From Sphyrna mokarran (Eukaryota): a stretch of 64,000 nt of DNA. The notes beneath the pieces are model-generated. The model made no database searches. It saw only the letters and a program-made list of their open reading frames with translations, and was not told the origin of the DNA. The position numbers and the translations under genes were made by a program. Within the stretch, counting starts at the first letter, position 1. Each line of letters starts with the position of its first letter. Below, piece after piece: positions 51,721 to 64,000 of this stretch. The DNA is taken from positions 69,750,001-69,814,000 of the forward strand of contig JAGIQG010000008.1 of assembly GCA_024679065.1 (NCBI GenBank). Direction: 5' to 3'.

Positions 51721-51929
51721 TCCAGACAAGTTGGAGTGATGCCCCAACTCAGTTCCCAATTGGTCAGCTTGGGTCATGAGATATTTTCAGCAAATTCAAG
51801 GTTCAGGGTTGCTGGCAGCCTACACCCTGAACCCCAGAGGCAAGCCCTGGCATTGTTCAGGTAAGTCCTTCGCAAGGACAATTAGGTGTGGGCAGCAAAC
51901 ACTGTCTCACCACATCCCACAAAATCATA

Positions 51930-53260
51930 AATTAGGAAAACATTAAGGGGACCAGATAGGATAGATAGAAATTATTTCTGCTGGTGGGGAGCCTAGGACT
52001 AGGGCACATAGTCTAAAAATTGGAGCCAGAACTGTAAGGATTTAAAATCAGGAAAAATAGTTACACAGCTAGGAATATCTTTTCATAGATATGTTAAGTT
52101 AATTGAAGTTTAAGCCTGAAATGGATAAATCTTTGTTAACCATAGACATGAAGGATATGGGGCAAAGCTGTGTTTATGGAATTTGTGCACATATCAACCA
52201 TGATATAATTGAATTGGAGACAAACTAAATGGCTTACTCGCATTCCTGTGTTTCTATTCTGTCTAGAAGCTTACTTCAGATGTTGATGACTTAAAATTCA
52301 AAGTAACTTAAAGTAATATTCTGAGTTAATTGTTTTTATATCTGTAACCAATGTTTATATATCTCTGAGATATCTCCTTTCTGAGCTGTTTTTCAGAACT
52401 TGCAACGTGGAGCAACCTTGAAGCTGTTATACAGATTTCACCCAAAGGCTGAGTGTCTTTTCTCCCGACAAACAGGAATGAGTGTTATTCCAGGTGCACT
52501 GTTAAACCTCCTCTTTCCTGTATTTTATGGTTTTGACTGTGGAGTTTAATATCTCAGTTTGTTGATTGCTGTCTGCATTGTTTGGACATGTTCAGCGTTG
52601 AATCTACCAAGATTCTTTGGTGTGTTACAGTTTCCTTATCATCTGTTTCAAGACCATTCATGGAATATGTCAATGATCTAGATTTTCTTAGCACCATCTT
52701 GTTTGACCTTGAAGTCCATTTGCTATTGTTCTGCCATTTACATTTTGTATTTTCTGAGCTGCGTCTCACTCCCAACTTTGCAGTTTGATGTATTCTGTAA
52801 ATTTGACTACTTTGCATTGAGCTTTGAATTAAGGCAGTTTATGGAAATTATAAATATCTGAGAGCCTAGTATCGAGGCCTGAGGCACCTCATGCCTGACT
52901 TTCTTCCCTACCCACTCATGATATGACTTTTCTAATCAGTATTTGTTGTTTCCCCAGCTTCAGCCAATATCTAATTCATTTCCAGAGATTAGCCTGAACC
53001 CCACAGATTTGAGTTTATATATCTTTTCACGTGGATTTTCATCTAAAGCCAGGTAGACAGGAAGACAACATGATCAAGCTTACCACTATATCAAATACTG
53101 TGTCCAGTTTTGATCCCCTCAGATTGGTGACATAAAGGCTCTGGAAAAGATTCCAAGAACAGCACTAGTTCAATACATAGTTTGGGGTCTTTCATTATCT
53201 AGAACTAACAGAGAGTGTTTTTTTACTTTGGGAAGGCATAGGAGATGATCTTATCATTGC
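51930..53260. mobile_element. Three old CR1 fragments (51930-52260 +, 52550-53060 -, 53070-53260 +)
   Basis: TRAHSLKI; AKLGV..KWQ; PLYQILCPVLIP remnants. Confidence 0.6.
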
Positions 53261-53264
53261 TTAC

Positions 53265-53863
53265 TGCTGGCCAATGCATGGGGCAAGCCAGAAAGATCCC
53301 GAGAGAGAGCCAAGAATCGTATTTGCACCCAATTTCTCACCTTTCACGATTTGCTGGCTGATGCAAGGCTGAATATTTTACTAAATGTATTCAAAACATA
53401 TTTATATGGAATTAGTGAGCATGTGACAGAATCTTCTGGGTTCACTTGCCTGTGTATTCTCATCAGGGAAGATTCTCTCCAACGAGGATCACATACAGCC
53501 CTCCAGCCTCGCCAACAGAGCCCAAGGCTATTGACAACAGCATCATCATGATCAGCTGCCGAGCCCTGTGGTAAGGTAGGGGAGCCGGGCTTAGGCCATA
53601 GGGGTCAGCTGATAGCAGCAGAGGCATTGACAGGTCTCTGCTGCTCTTAGCACAGAAACCTGCAAATGGACAATGGCGGCTTCTGCTGCTATCAGCTGGC
53701 TTTCGAGTGATTTAGGCCCTGCCAAGTTCCCACACTGGCGAGAAACTGATTCAGAATTTTTTTATTGCACAGAGTGAATAAGATTCAGCTGGTGGCCTTG
53801 CTGAAATAATCGACTGAAATTCTCCCATTTTCATGCTGGATCTTGTTTGGTAAGATTGTGCCC
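53265..53863 (-). mobile_element. Harbinger-like MITE
   Basis: Ends with GTAAGATTGTGCCC. Related in reverse to the 12098 and 35085 elements. Confidence 0.55.
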
Positions 53864-54156
53864 TTGGACTTTGAGGAGATATGATTGAGGTAATGAATGA
53901 ATTATATTTTGTCCACATGGACAATCTTTGAATTCAATAACTTAGGAATAACTAAGATAGAAATAGAAGTTCCAAGAATGGAGAACAAAGGTAAATTGAT
54001 GCAAGGTACATCTTCTGACTGAGCCAGGACAATATCTGAAGAAATACAGGAAGCAGGTGAATATCGCGGAATGTGTCTCTGACTTCTTGGATTATGTTAT
54101 ATCTCATTCCCAAACTGACCTTGCATCTTTGTCTCTGTTGTTTTTGCCTCTGCCAG

Positions 54157-54217
54157 GTAATAGTGTAGCTGTAGGAGATGGGATGATAATTGAGGAGGTA
54201 TTGAAATTCTGTGGAAT
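54157..54217 (+). other. Candidate exon (61 nt)
   Basis: Branch-like CTGAC, a long polypyrimidine tract ending tgccag, and donor gtaagt. Open in phase 1 as GNSVAVGDGMIIEEVLKFCG. Confidence 0.3.
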
Positions 54218-55097
54218 GTAAGTATGCTAATGGTCTTTCAATGACTATACATTTGTTTAGTTAAAAATAATTGTGGATTTCTCAATTCTCTTTCTGAAAT
54301 GAAAGATGTAATAAAGTACATGACTTTGCTTTTACAGAACATTACCTAAAATTATTTTAATTGATTTTATTTCTAAATGTAGCAGTTACAATGTATGTAC
54401 TTTGAAATTAAAGTTCATAACTACTGCTGCAAGATTTAGTATTTTTGTTTGTTTTTGGATGTCAGCACCACTAATATACCTACAAATATTGTGGATTATT
54501 GTTTTTTGAATGCTCACATTATTATGAAACATCATTGTCTTCCTTTTAACCAAAGTTAAGCTGTTCAGAAATAATTCTACTGTCATAGTGCCTTTTCTAT
54601 TTGTGTTAACGATTCATGTTTATTAATTCTGCTGCTTGCTTCTGAGATTTTCCTTCCATCTTTAACATTTCAGTTAACATCCTTAGATTCATCTTATCCA
54701 CTTTCATTATCTTTATAACTAATAAAACACTTGCAACTTCCAACTCTACTCAGTTACTCTCACTATACATGTGAATTGTTGCACTGGATGTTAGAATTCT
54801 CTCTGTAAAGGGAAACATACCAGAGGAACCATTCACTGAGGATTTCTGTCCTACTCTGCTCTTTCCCAATGGATTGCATTTTTCTTTGTTCTGACATTCT
54901 GTCCTGCTAGTCCCTGCTGACACGGGAATTACAGAATCATAGATCATCACATGCATATAGTGCTGTTCCTGACTTGCTCTAATATGAGAAATGCACAACC
55001 ACTTTGAACAGCAAGGGCATATGGATCTAGAAAAGACCAGATCATCTGTTTTAATGGTATCATGTTGAGGGATAAATATTAACTTGGTAACTTGAGT

Positions 55098-55370
55098 GGC
55101 ATGATGGTTAGCACTGTTGCCTCACAGCACTAGAGACCCCAGTTTAATTCCCGGCTTGGGTCACTGTCTGTGTTGAGTTTGCACATTCTCCCTATGTCTG
55201 AGTGCTCCGGTTTCCTCCAACAGTCCAAAGATGGGTTAGGTGGATTGGCCAAGCTAAATAGACCCTTAGTGTCAGGGGATTAGCAGGGAATAGGGCCTTG
55301 GTGTAATTGTGATCATGTGCAGACTCAATGGGCCAAATGGCCTCCTTTTGCACTGTAGGGTTTCTTTGAC
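55098..55370 (+). mobile_element. HE1-type V-SINE
   Basis: Head TGGTTAGCACTG, V core and CR1-like tail. Confidence 0.9.
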
Positions 55371-55391
55371 TAAAGGGAACTTTTGAAATAG

Positions 55392-57150
55392 TGGCCAGAA
55401 TTTTACACTGTCCCCTGACCCAGACATGATTTTACTGTGGAGCAGGCAGGGCTGCATATTGGAATTCCACATGTGCCTCAGTTAAGACTCTTAAGGGCCA
55501 CGTAATGGCTGCTTAAGGACCTTTTCCTCCTCAGCCTCAATCTCTGACAGAAGATGGACATGGGATGTGGGACTCTCAATCAAAAGATCGCTTCAGACTC
55601 CTTTTAAGTCCCCCTGCCACGCTTGACTCACCCCCAACACTGGGATTACTTCCTCCCTCCCAATCCCCACAGGACGCTTAGCACTCTCTTGAAATGTAAT
55701 CCCAGGACTCAGGCTCAGGCACAGCATTGCAGCATTTCTTCTGGCCACTGTAGCGCTGTAATTGGCTGACCACACTAAGGCAGGATGTGTGTCCAGGTGA
55801 GGATGGAAGTCCTGCCTGCTGCCAATCAGAGCTCATATAAGTGTGAAATGGCATCCAGCTTGTCAGTGTAGACAGCGATGTATTCCCCACCAACTCTCAG
55901 ATAACAGGCATTAGTGCTCACCACTCTGAATCTATCCTCCACTTTCCCTGTGCCCCTACCCCGGCTGCAGACCAGTTATGTCACCACGTGCAGGCTCCAC
56001 CTCCAAGATAAAGTTCATGGAGAGTTAGTTACTGAGCCAGTGGCTGTGAATGAGAGTAAACAACCTTGTTTCATCTTCACCAGTGTTTTTTACTCTTTGA
56101 ACACCACGTGGTGGTAGTTCTTGAATATCTGAATGGAGAAAAGTACAAGGCTTGCTTACAACTTCTGCAGCTGATAAACCAGAATAAAGTGTAGGATGAG
56201 GTGGAAGTGAGAAATAAAATTTGGGAATGAACAATCCACATCTTCAATACTTTCATCCCTGCTAGTGGCTACAGCCTTGGTCACAGCTGCTCCAATGATG
56301 GCGATCAGCATTCTCCATGAGGATAAGGATTTGGAGCTGCAGTTGTCCTCTGTTAGTCTGCTCCTGCAGCCTGTAGTTATGCACCGCTTTGTCGTGCAAG
56401 AGAAAGAGAAGTGTGTCAGTGAATATGCTGCAATATGTTTGGATAATGTGGCCATCATGGTTGAATAGCTTATAATGAATACAAGCTATGAGATATGGAT
56501 GTGAAGCTTGCAGTTATGCTAAAAGTAAGAAGATGAGGTAAAGCTATGAGTTGTGATTGTTGGTAGGTGAGCAATAGGGTTATTTTGAATTGAGCAGAGT
56601 GAGAAGCTGGTGGTGCAGTTCCTGGGATATGACATTTGAAGGTACATTCAGTGACCTTGACCACTCATGTGATGTCATTGAACTTCTTGTAGCAGTGCAT
56701 CCAGATGCTTGAGGCTAGATTGCTAACATTGACTGCAGTTGCTATCTGTTCCCAATGCCTTCAATGTCTGTTTGGAGGGCCTCCTGGTACAATGTGACCT
56801 CTTTCTCCTATCTGCCTCCTGCAGAAAAAGCTTCCAGTGCAATATTTGAGAACCTTGGAGCACACCTTGCCAGTGTTGCACCAGTGACTCTTCACCAGCC
56901 ACTTGCAACACCCACTCCAGTCAAAAAGCAGGCAAGCTTGAACTCATGTCAGCTGCTCACAATTTTGTGTTCCCTTTTCAGTAATCAGCCACTCAACAGC
57001 ATACTTAGCACTGGCTTCACGTTACAATCATGTCAATGAGCAGGCATCATAAAGTTTGTCTGTTTGCCTTCATTAGAAGCAATGGCATAAGTTAAACACT
57101 AACCCTGCAACTATTTTCATGCTGTATCATATTTCACAGCCAGGAAATTT
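55392..57150 (-). mobile_element. Harbinger element remnant with Myb/SANT (trihelix) ORF at about 56640-56880
   Basis: With frameshifts, reads APRFSNIALEA..RRPSKQTLK/HWEQIATAVNVSNLASSIWMHCYKKFNDIT*VVK, typical of the Harbinger DNA-binding partner. The left end is GGCCAGAATTTT. Confidence 0.8.
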
Positions 57151-57542
57151 AGACTGAAATGAGACTATTACAAATCTGATAGATATACAAGAAATTCCTC
57201 TTAAGTTCAGCTTCTTTCCCACTCTTACCAACCCTATAATCTAAAATTCAGGTGCTCATCAAGTTACATTATCACTTGCCTCTCTCTAAACAGATATCTG
57301 TAATCCCTAATGAAGTATGGTTAATTACCTAATTATACTACAATTCATAAAGGTGGATGGTCCTAGATAAACTAACCTGAAACATGATAATTATTGATCC
57401 AGCTCTGTCTTTCACAGAAGGCCATAATGCAAAACTGAGTGAAATATAACTTGCATTAGACTTCACATTGTTTGACTCGTGTATTATTAATAAGGCTAAA
57501 GTTATTAAATAGTACTCTACAAAAACTGTGTTGAAAAGCCTT

Positions 57543-57570
57543 TATATATATATATATTTATATATATATA
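57543..57570. repeat. (TA)n microsatellite, interrupted
   Basis: Seen directly in the sequence. Confidence 0.9.
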
Positions 57571-58619
57571 ATGTTAAGAAGGCTTTAAGTTGACATCTGC
57601 TTAAGTGCAAAAGTGCCATAATGTAGCTGTAAGAAAGAACACAAGGAGTTATAATTGTGACATGTTTGCACATTTGGACTCTGAATTTAGCTTTAGTATT
57701 AAATAGAAACGAATACTGAATGGCTAAAAGAGTGGCCTGAGGGCTAAAATTATAAGTAAAGGTTACAAATTAAAATTAGTTGGTTGTAGAGAAGACGGAG
57801 GCACTCTTTCCGTCAATCAAAAATTGAAAATATTTGGGTTCAAAGTTATTAGTTGTGTTGAACAGGTGCACAACTTGTGTTCACTGTTGCAAAAGCTGCC
57901 TGCAAAAAAGGTATAAAGTGGAGCTTCACAACGGTCTTCACATTTGCCATGAGGGTGGTATTTATCAGAGAGCACCTGTGGGGGCATTTTGTCAGGAGAA
58001 ACATTAGCAGAACACTTGCTCAGAAGTTAACATTTGCGTACAACATTATTGATCAATGGGTAATTGACTGGGGGCTGTGGGAGTTGCTATAAAAACCCAG
58101 GAGGGTCTAAAATAATTGTTACAGATTGCCATTAAAAATCAAGTGTAGAAATCACAATTAGAATCTAGTGTTAGCGCTGAAGGTAATTGCCTCAAGAGAA
58201 AGTGAATAGCTTTTGTTAGGAAGCAGCTTTCAGCTTCAAAGTGAAGCATTCAGCAGCAGCTACATAGTGTGCAGTTGAGAGAAAGGGAAATTCAGCAAGC
58301 AGCTGAGCAACTTCAGCACAGTGATTGACTGCACAGTATCAATGCCATGCCATGAAAACCGCATGCAAGCAAGTAGTGGATTCCACACACTTAACCAACA
58401 TGACTCGGATACTAATCCAGAAATAAATGCTGCAGATTCTAGAAATCAAAACAGAAAATGGTGGAAATAATCAGCAGGTCTGGTAGCCTCTGCGATGAGA
58501 GAAACAGAGTTAATGCTTCAACTCACAATTTATCAGATGTAGGAGGTACAACAGCCAGTTTTTATACAGGAAAGTACCACAAACAACAATAGAATAATAG
58601 CCAGAAAATTTATTTTAAT

Positions 58620-58885
58620 GATATTCATCAAAGGATAAATGTTAAAAAGCACACTGGGGAACACTCCCTTGCTCTGGTTTGTTATTGTGCATATAAGATA
58701 TTTTACATCCACATGAAAAGGTTGATAGGTTTAATATTGCGTCTGATAGATGGTATCTCTTATAGTGCAGCACTCGCTCTTGCTGCATTGGAATACGAGC
58801 CTAGATGTTTGCATTCAAGTCTCTGGAGTGGATCTTTTACCCATAACCTTCTGACCTTGAAGTGAAAGTGCCATCTGATTGAGGT
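58620..58885 (-). mobile_element. Deu-domain SINE (SacSINE1-like)
   Basis: The reverse complement has a tRNA-like head (..TCAGAAGGTTATGGGT..CCACTCCAGAGACTTGA), then GGATGTAAAA..CCCCAGTGT..ATTTATCC. Confidence 0.7.
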
Positions 58886-59975
58886 CTAAGAGGTTTATAG
58901 CTTCACTTTATCTGTTAATCCAAAATAAAAAGGGAGGAGCAAGGGTCATAACAGAGCTTTAAGGGTAAGCATATGACAAATGATTATTGGGGTTGAGTCA
59001 CAGCAGGCTGTCATGTTTAGCCAGGCATGCGTGTAAGCATTAAATAGAAAAAGTTGAGGTAGGTATTAGCACATCTGGCTGTAACAGGCTACCAATCTCA
59101 TCGTCACCAATGTTGATTGATGTTTCTTGTCCCAGAATATCAACAGTGGTGTTTAGAGTTAAAGTGTCCAGAGAGGGACAGGACTTCTACCTGTACTGCT
59201 TGTCTTTCTCCTACCATCATTACATGGATAAATATCTGCTATTAACAAAGACAGTCACTCCTCACTTTGTGTGAACTAACTTACCAAAATTATGACAGGG
59301 AGACACAGCAACTTCAATCAAGAGGGAGAAGTAATGGTGCCGCCAGTAGCAGCTTTTGAAAGTCAGATTGAATGCTCTTTGCTGGGGAGGCTATCATGAG
59401 AAGGAAAGAAACATAAAGTCAAATGGGACTGAGCAGAGAGATTGTGGGATGTACAGGTGAGTATTAACTTTGTACTTTAGGTCAGCTCATTACCTTTCTT
59501 TCACTGCTGCTGCAAAGATTTGTTCACATTACATTCAGTTAATGGACTAGCCATGGTAAATGCATGGGATCATGAGAATAGGGCAGGACAGGTGTGCCTG
59601 AGTAAGGTGCTCTTTCAGAGAGTCAGTGCAGAGTTAATGGGCCAAATGGCCTCCTTTCACTTTATGATTCTAACTTCTGCCATGACCAATCATTAGTTTG
59701 TCTTGGCACCTGACTTCCTTTCTCTCATGACATTTCTCCACTAGCATCTGGACAGCTGGATGTGAAGACCCCAGGGTCCTACTGGAAGTTTTTCTGCATC
59801 AGAAATCCTCCTGCAGCTCCACAGTTACTTACATGATTTGGTCACACGAAAGAAAATGCACTAGTTGCTGTAAGACCCTAAGAACCTGCAGCAATGTCCA
59901 AATTATATTATAATTTCTGTGAATTTGTACAATGCTAGTAAAATCAGAATTTATTGCACATTCCATGTTGCTGTG

Positions 59976-60325
59976 AGAATCCCTGCTCTGCAGAAGGAGG
60001 CCATTTGGCCTATTGAGTCTATACCAACCCTCCAAAAGAGCATCTTACCCAGGCCCATTCTCCTGCCCTATCTCTGTAACACCCACACATTTAGTACGGC
60101 CAATTCATTTAAACTATGCGTCTTGGTACACTAAGAAACAATTTAGCTTTGTCAATCCATCTAACCTGCACGTCATTGGACTGTGAGAGGAAGCTGGAGC
60201 ACCCAGAGGAAACCCAGACACACACAGGGAGAATATGTGGCTCCACACAAACAGTGACCCAAGACTGGAAATAAATCTGGGTCCCTGACACTGTGGGGCA
60301 ATAGTGCAACCACTTTACCACTACA
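59976..60325 (-). mobile_element. HE1-type V-SINE
   Basis: V core GGAGCACCCAGAGGAAACCCA on + and a CR1-like tail. Confidence 0.88.
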
Positions 60326-60894
60326 GTGATGGACATATTTCTTGAACACTGCAGTCTGTGTGGTGCAGGAACTGCTACAGTGCTGTTCAGCAATTAGCAA
60401 GCTGTCCTTGAGTATATTACAAGCTATTCCCATCTAATTACGGAAATGAGGGCCCTCGACCTGGAAATTAAGATTCGTCCGTATAAATTCCTCTGAGCAA
60501 CCTTTTTTTTGAAAGCTATCACCCATTACTTTTATGTTGAAAATCACAAAATTATCATAGTGCAGAAAGAGACCATTGGACCCATTGTGTTTGCACTGAA
60601 CCAAAATCACACCTTAGTACACCTCTTCCTCCACCCCCCATCCCCAACCACAAACCACATCCTTTCTCTTCCTGGGCACTTATCCTTTCTGAGAAAGAAG
60701 AAATCAATGAGCAATTACTCTGCTACTCTGATGAGAATATGGTGGTTTGGAGAGGGGTGCTAGATCTTCAATTCCTCTGCTAAGTTTTGAAAACCCCTTC
60801 AAACAGGGCTTTTGATTCTAAACAGAGCAGAAATTTTAATCCAGCAAAAGTGTAACACTGTTCCTTTGAACCATTTTAATGATTACCTTCAGCA

Positions 60895-61935
60895 TCAGTC
60901 ACTGAAGGTAAACATGCAGGTGCAGCAGGCAGTAAAGAAGGCAAATGTATGATTGACCATCATTGCGAGAGTTTGCGAGTACAGGACCACAGAGGTATTG
61001 CTGCAATTATACAGGGCTTTGGTGAGGCCACACCGAGAGTACTATGTGCAGTTTTGGTCTCCATTTCCGGGGAAGGATGTTCCCGTTCTCAAGCAACTGT
61101 AGCAAAGATTTACCAGAATGATTCCAGGGGCAGTGGGACTGACGTATAAGGAGAGATTGACTGGATCAGGATTGTTTTTGCTGGACTTCAGATGAATGAG
61201 GGGGGATCTCATAGAGACTTATAAAATTCTAACAATTCTTAAGGCTTAATATCTTTTCCCAAAGATAGGGGAGTCTAAAACTAGAGGACATAGGTTTAAG
61301 GTGAGAGGGGAGAGATACAAAAGTGTCCTGGGGGGGCAAGTTTTTCACACAGAAAGTAATGAGTGACTGGAACAAGCTGCTAGAGGTAGTAGTTGAAGGC
61401 AGGTACAATTTTGTTTTTTAAAAAGCATTTAGATAGTTGCATAGGTACAATTGGTATAAAGGGATATGGGCCAAATGTGGGCAATTGGAATTAGCTTAGG
61501 GGTTTTAAAAGAGAAAAGGCAGCACGGACAAGTTGGGTCAAAGGGCCTATTTCCATGCTGTAGACCATAATGATTCTGTGACTCAATGACTAGGCCAGGT
61601 AGATGCAGGAAGGATATTCACGAACGTGGGGGATTCCAGAACCAGGGTCACAGTCTGAGTAGACCATTTAGGACAGAGATAAAGAGACATTGCTCCATCC
61701 AAAGAGTGGTGAACCTGTGGAATTTATTACCACAGGAAGTAGTTGATGCCAAAACATTGAATGTATTCAAAAGGTGGCTAAATACAGCACTTGGGGCAAA
61801 TAGGATCAAAGGCTATGAGGAGAAAGCAAGATTAGGCTATTGATTTGGATGATCAACCATGATCGTGATTTATGGTGGAGCAGGCTCGAAGGGCCAGATA
61901 GGAGCAGGTGGAGGCTATCTTTTATGTTTCTATTT
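60895..61935 (+). mobile_element. CR1 3' fragment with a second CR1 3' end nested at about 61240-61585
   Basis: QVQQAVKKAN and RPHREYYVQFWSP. The nested piece is the same subfamily as 19295-19934. Confidence 0.85.
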
Positions 61936-62077
61936 CAATTAAATAGCATCAGATGTGATTTGTCACTTGATTAACAAAGAGAAACCAGTTCTTGTGAGGC
62001 GATGTGACCCATGCATAGGACCCTTTGCAAGTATGAGGCTCCTAATAAAACTCAGCATGATGATGGAAAGTTGTGCA

Positions 62078-64000
62078 TAACATAGAACATAGAACATAGA
62101 ACATTACAGCACAGAACAGGCCCTTCGGCCTTCGATGTTGTGCCGACCAAAATAAAAAGCAATGCCCCTCCAAACTAAACATTCCCTTCTCTTCCATATA
62201 CTTATCAATTAACCTCTTAAACGCCACCAAACTTGGCGCATCTACAACAGCTGCATGCAGGGCATTCCACTCCCTAATCACTCTTTGAGTAAAGAACCTA
62301 CCTCTGATATCCGTCCTATAACTCATACCCCTTAATGTAAAGCTGTGTCCCCTCGTGCTAGCTTTCTCCATCCTAGGAAAAAGGCTATCACTGTCCACCC
62401 TATCTAAACCTCTAATCATCTTATATGCTTCAATAAGATCCCCTCTTAGCCGCCTCCTTTCTAACGAAAACAACCTCAAATCCTTCAACCTCTCGTCATA
62501 GGACCTGCCCTCCATACCAGGCAACATCCTGGTAAACCTCCTCTGTAACCTCTCCAATGCCTCCACATCTTTCTTATAATGTGGGGACCAGAACTGCACA
62601 CAATACTCCAAGTGCGGCCGCACTAGAGTTTTGTACCGTTGCAACATGATGCTGTGGCTCCTAAATTCAATCCCCCTACCAATAAAAGCTAAGACTCCAT
62701 ATGCCTTCTTAACAACTTTATCCACTTGACTGCCTAATTTCAGGGATCTATTGACACATACACCAAGATCCTTCTGTTCCTCAACACTATTAAGAGCCCT
62801 ACCATTAGCCCTATACTCTACACATTTATTGTTCCTGCCAAAGTGCATTACCTCACACTTTTCCACATTAAACTCCATTTGCCACCTCTCGGCCCAGCTC
62901 TGCAACTTGTCCAAGGCACTCTGTAAACTATAACACCCCTCTTCACTATCTACCACTCCACCGACTTTAGTGTCATCTGCAAATTTACTGATCCATCCTC
63001 AATACCCTCATCCAGATCATTTATAAAAATTACAAACAGCAGGGGCCCCAAAACAGACCCCTGAGGTACACCACTTGTCACCGAACTCCACGATGAATAT
63101 CTCCCATCAACCACCACCCTCTGTCTTCTATCTGCCAGCCAATTCCTAATCCAATTAGCTAAATCACCCTCTATTCCACACATCGGCATTTTCTGTAGAA
63201 GTCTTCCATGGGCCACCTTATCAAACGCCTTACTAAAGTCCATATATACTACATCAAACGCCTTACCCCCATCCACCTCTCTGGTCACTTTCTCAAAAAA
63301 CTCAATGAGGTTAGTAAGGCATGACCTACCCTTCACGAAACCATGCTGACTATCCCCAATCAATTCATTTCTCTCTAAATAACTATAAATCCTACCCTAA
63401 TAATTCTCTCCAATACCTTGCCCACAACAGAAGTAAGACTCACTGGCCTATAATTCCCTGGAAGGTCTCTCTTCCCCTTCTTAAACAATGGGACCACATT
63501 CGCTATCCTCCAGTCCTCCGGAACCACAACCGTAACCAACGAGGACCTGAAGATCAGAGCCAGAGGCTCTGCAATCTCCTCTCTTGCCTCCCAGAGAATC
63601 CTAGGGTAAATCCCGGCCGGCCCAGGGGACTTATCCAACTTCAAACCCTCGAGAATTTCTAACACATCCTCCCTATCTACTACAATACTCCCCCATTTGC
63701 AACCCTGTACCTCAGTGCTCTCCACAGCTACATTTCCAGCACTCTGCGTGAATACCGAAGAGAAATATTTATTCAGCGCCTCACCAATCTCTTCAGGCTC
63801 CACGCACAACTTCCCACTGCTGTCTATGACTGCCCCTAATCTTGCCCTAACCAATCTTCTATTCTTAACATATCGAAAGAAAGCTTTAGGATTCTCCTTA
63901 ATCCTATCAGCCAACATCTTCTCGTGTCCCCTCTTAGCTCTCCTCAATTCACTTTTTAGCTCCTTCCTTGCTAATCTATAGCTATCCATTGCACTAACTG
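62078..64000 (-). mobile_element. Young CR1 LINE ORF2 (RT), continues beyond the window
   Basis: ORFs 63375-63989, 62950-63363 and 62042-62956 are joined by two 1-nt frameshifts. Motifs [32 protein letters not shown] and FADD are present. The tail is (TGTTCTA)n, about 3 copies. Confidence 0.97.

Noticed and set aside
58425-58545. Hammerhead ribozyme in a Penelope-type end
   Set aside because: The core is degenerate (CTGATAA..GAAGC rather than CTGANGA..GAAAC). It is absent from the 11430 and 46498 copies.
59298-59456. Exon with strong donor CAG/gtgagt
   Set aside because: Its frames contain stops. It resembles a decayed Harbinger Myb-gene exon more than a host exon.

Overview
Vertebrate genomic DNA, almost certainly from a shark or other elasmobranch. 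The evidence is HE1-type V-SINEs, Deu-domain SINEs, abundant CR1 LINEs and CpG depletion. More than half of the window is decayed transposable-element sequence. This includes many CR1 fragments (two young copies of one subfamily, 21265-23480 + and 62078-64000 -), Rex1/Babar LINEs, a Gypsy element with its 3' LTR, a solo LTR, a Copia RNase H remnant, Harbinger elements and MITEs, a pogo/Tc2-like remnant, a hAT-like element and a 35-bp minisatellite. I could not identify any intact host protein-coding gene, tRNA or rRNA; most ORFs in the track are TE fragments or chance. The main signals that TEs do not explain are: (i) a CpG-retaining island at about 29.6-30.9 kb with clustered RFX X-box and MYB motifs, plus two smaller promoter-like patches; (ii) a chain of minus-strand candidate exons that can be spliced into a ~150-aa open frame with faint HECT-like spacing; (iii) a 1.2-kb CpG-rich insert of unknown origin that starts with telomere-like repeats; (iv) four local templated-insertion scars. 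Family assignments come from motif recognition by eye, not database searches, and TE boundaries are approximate (tens of bp).
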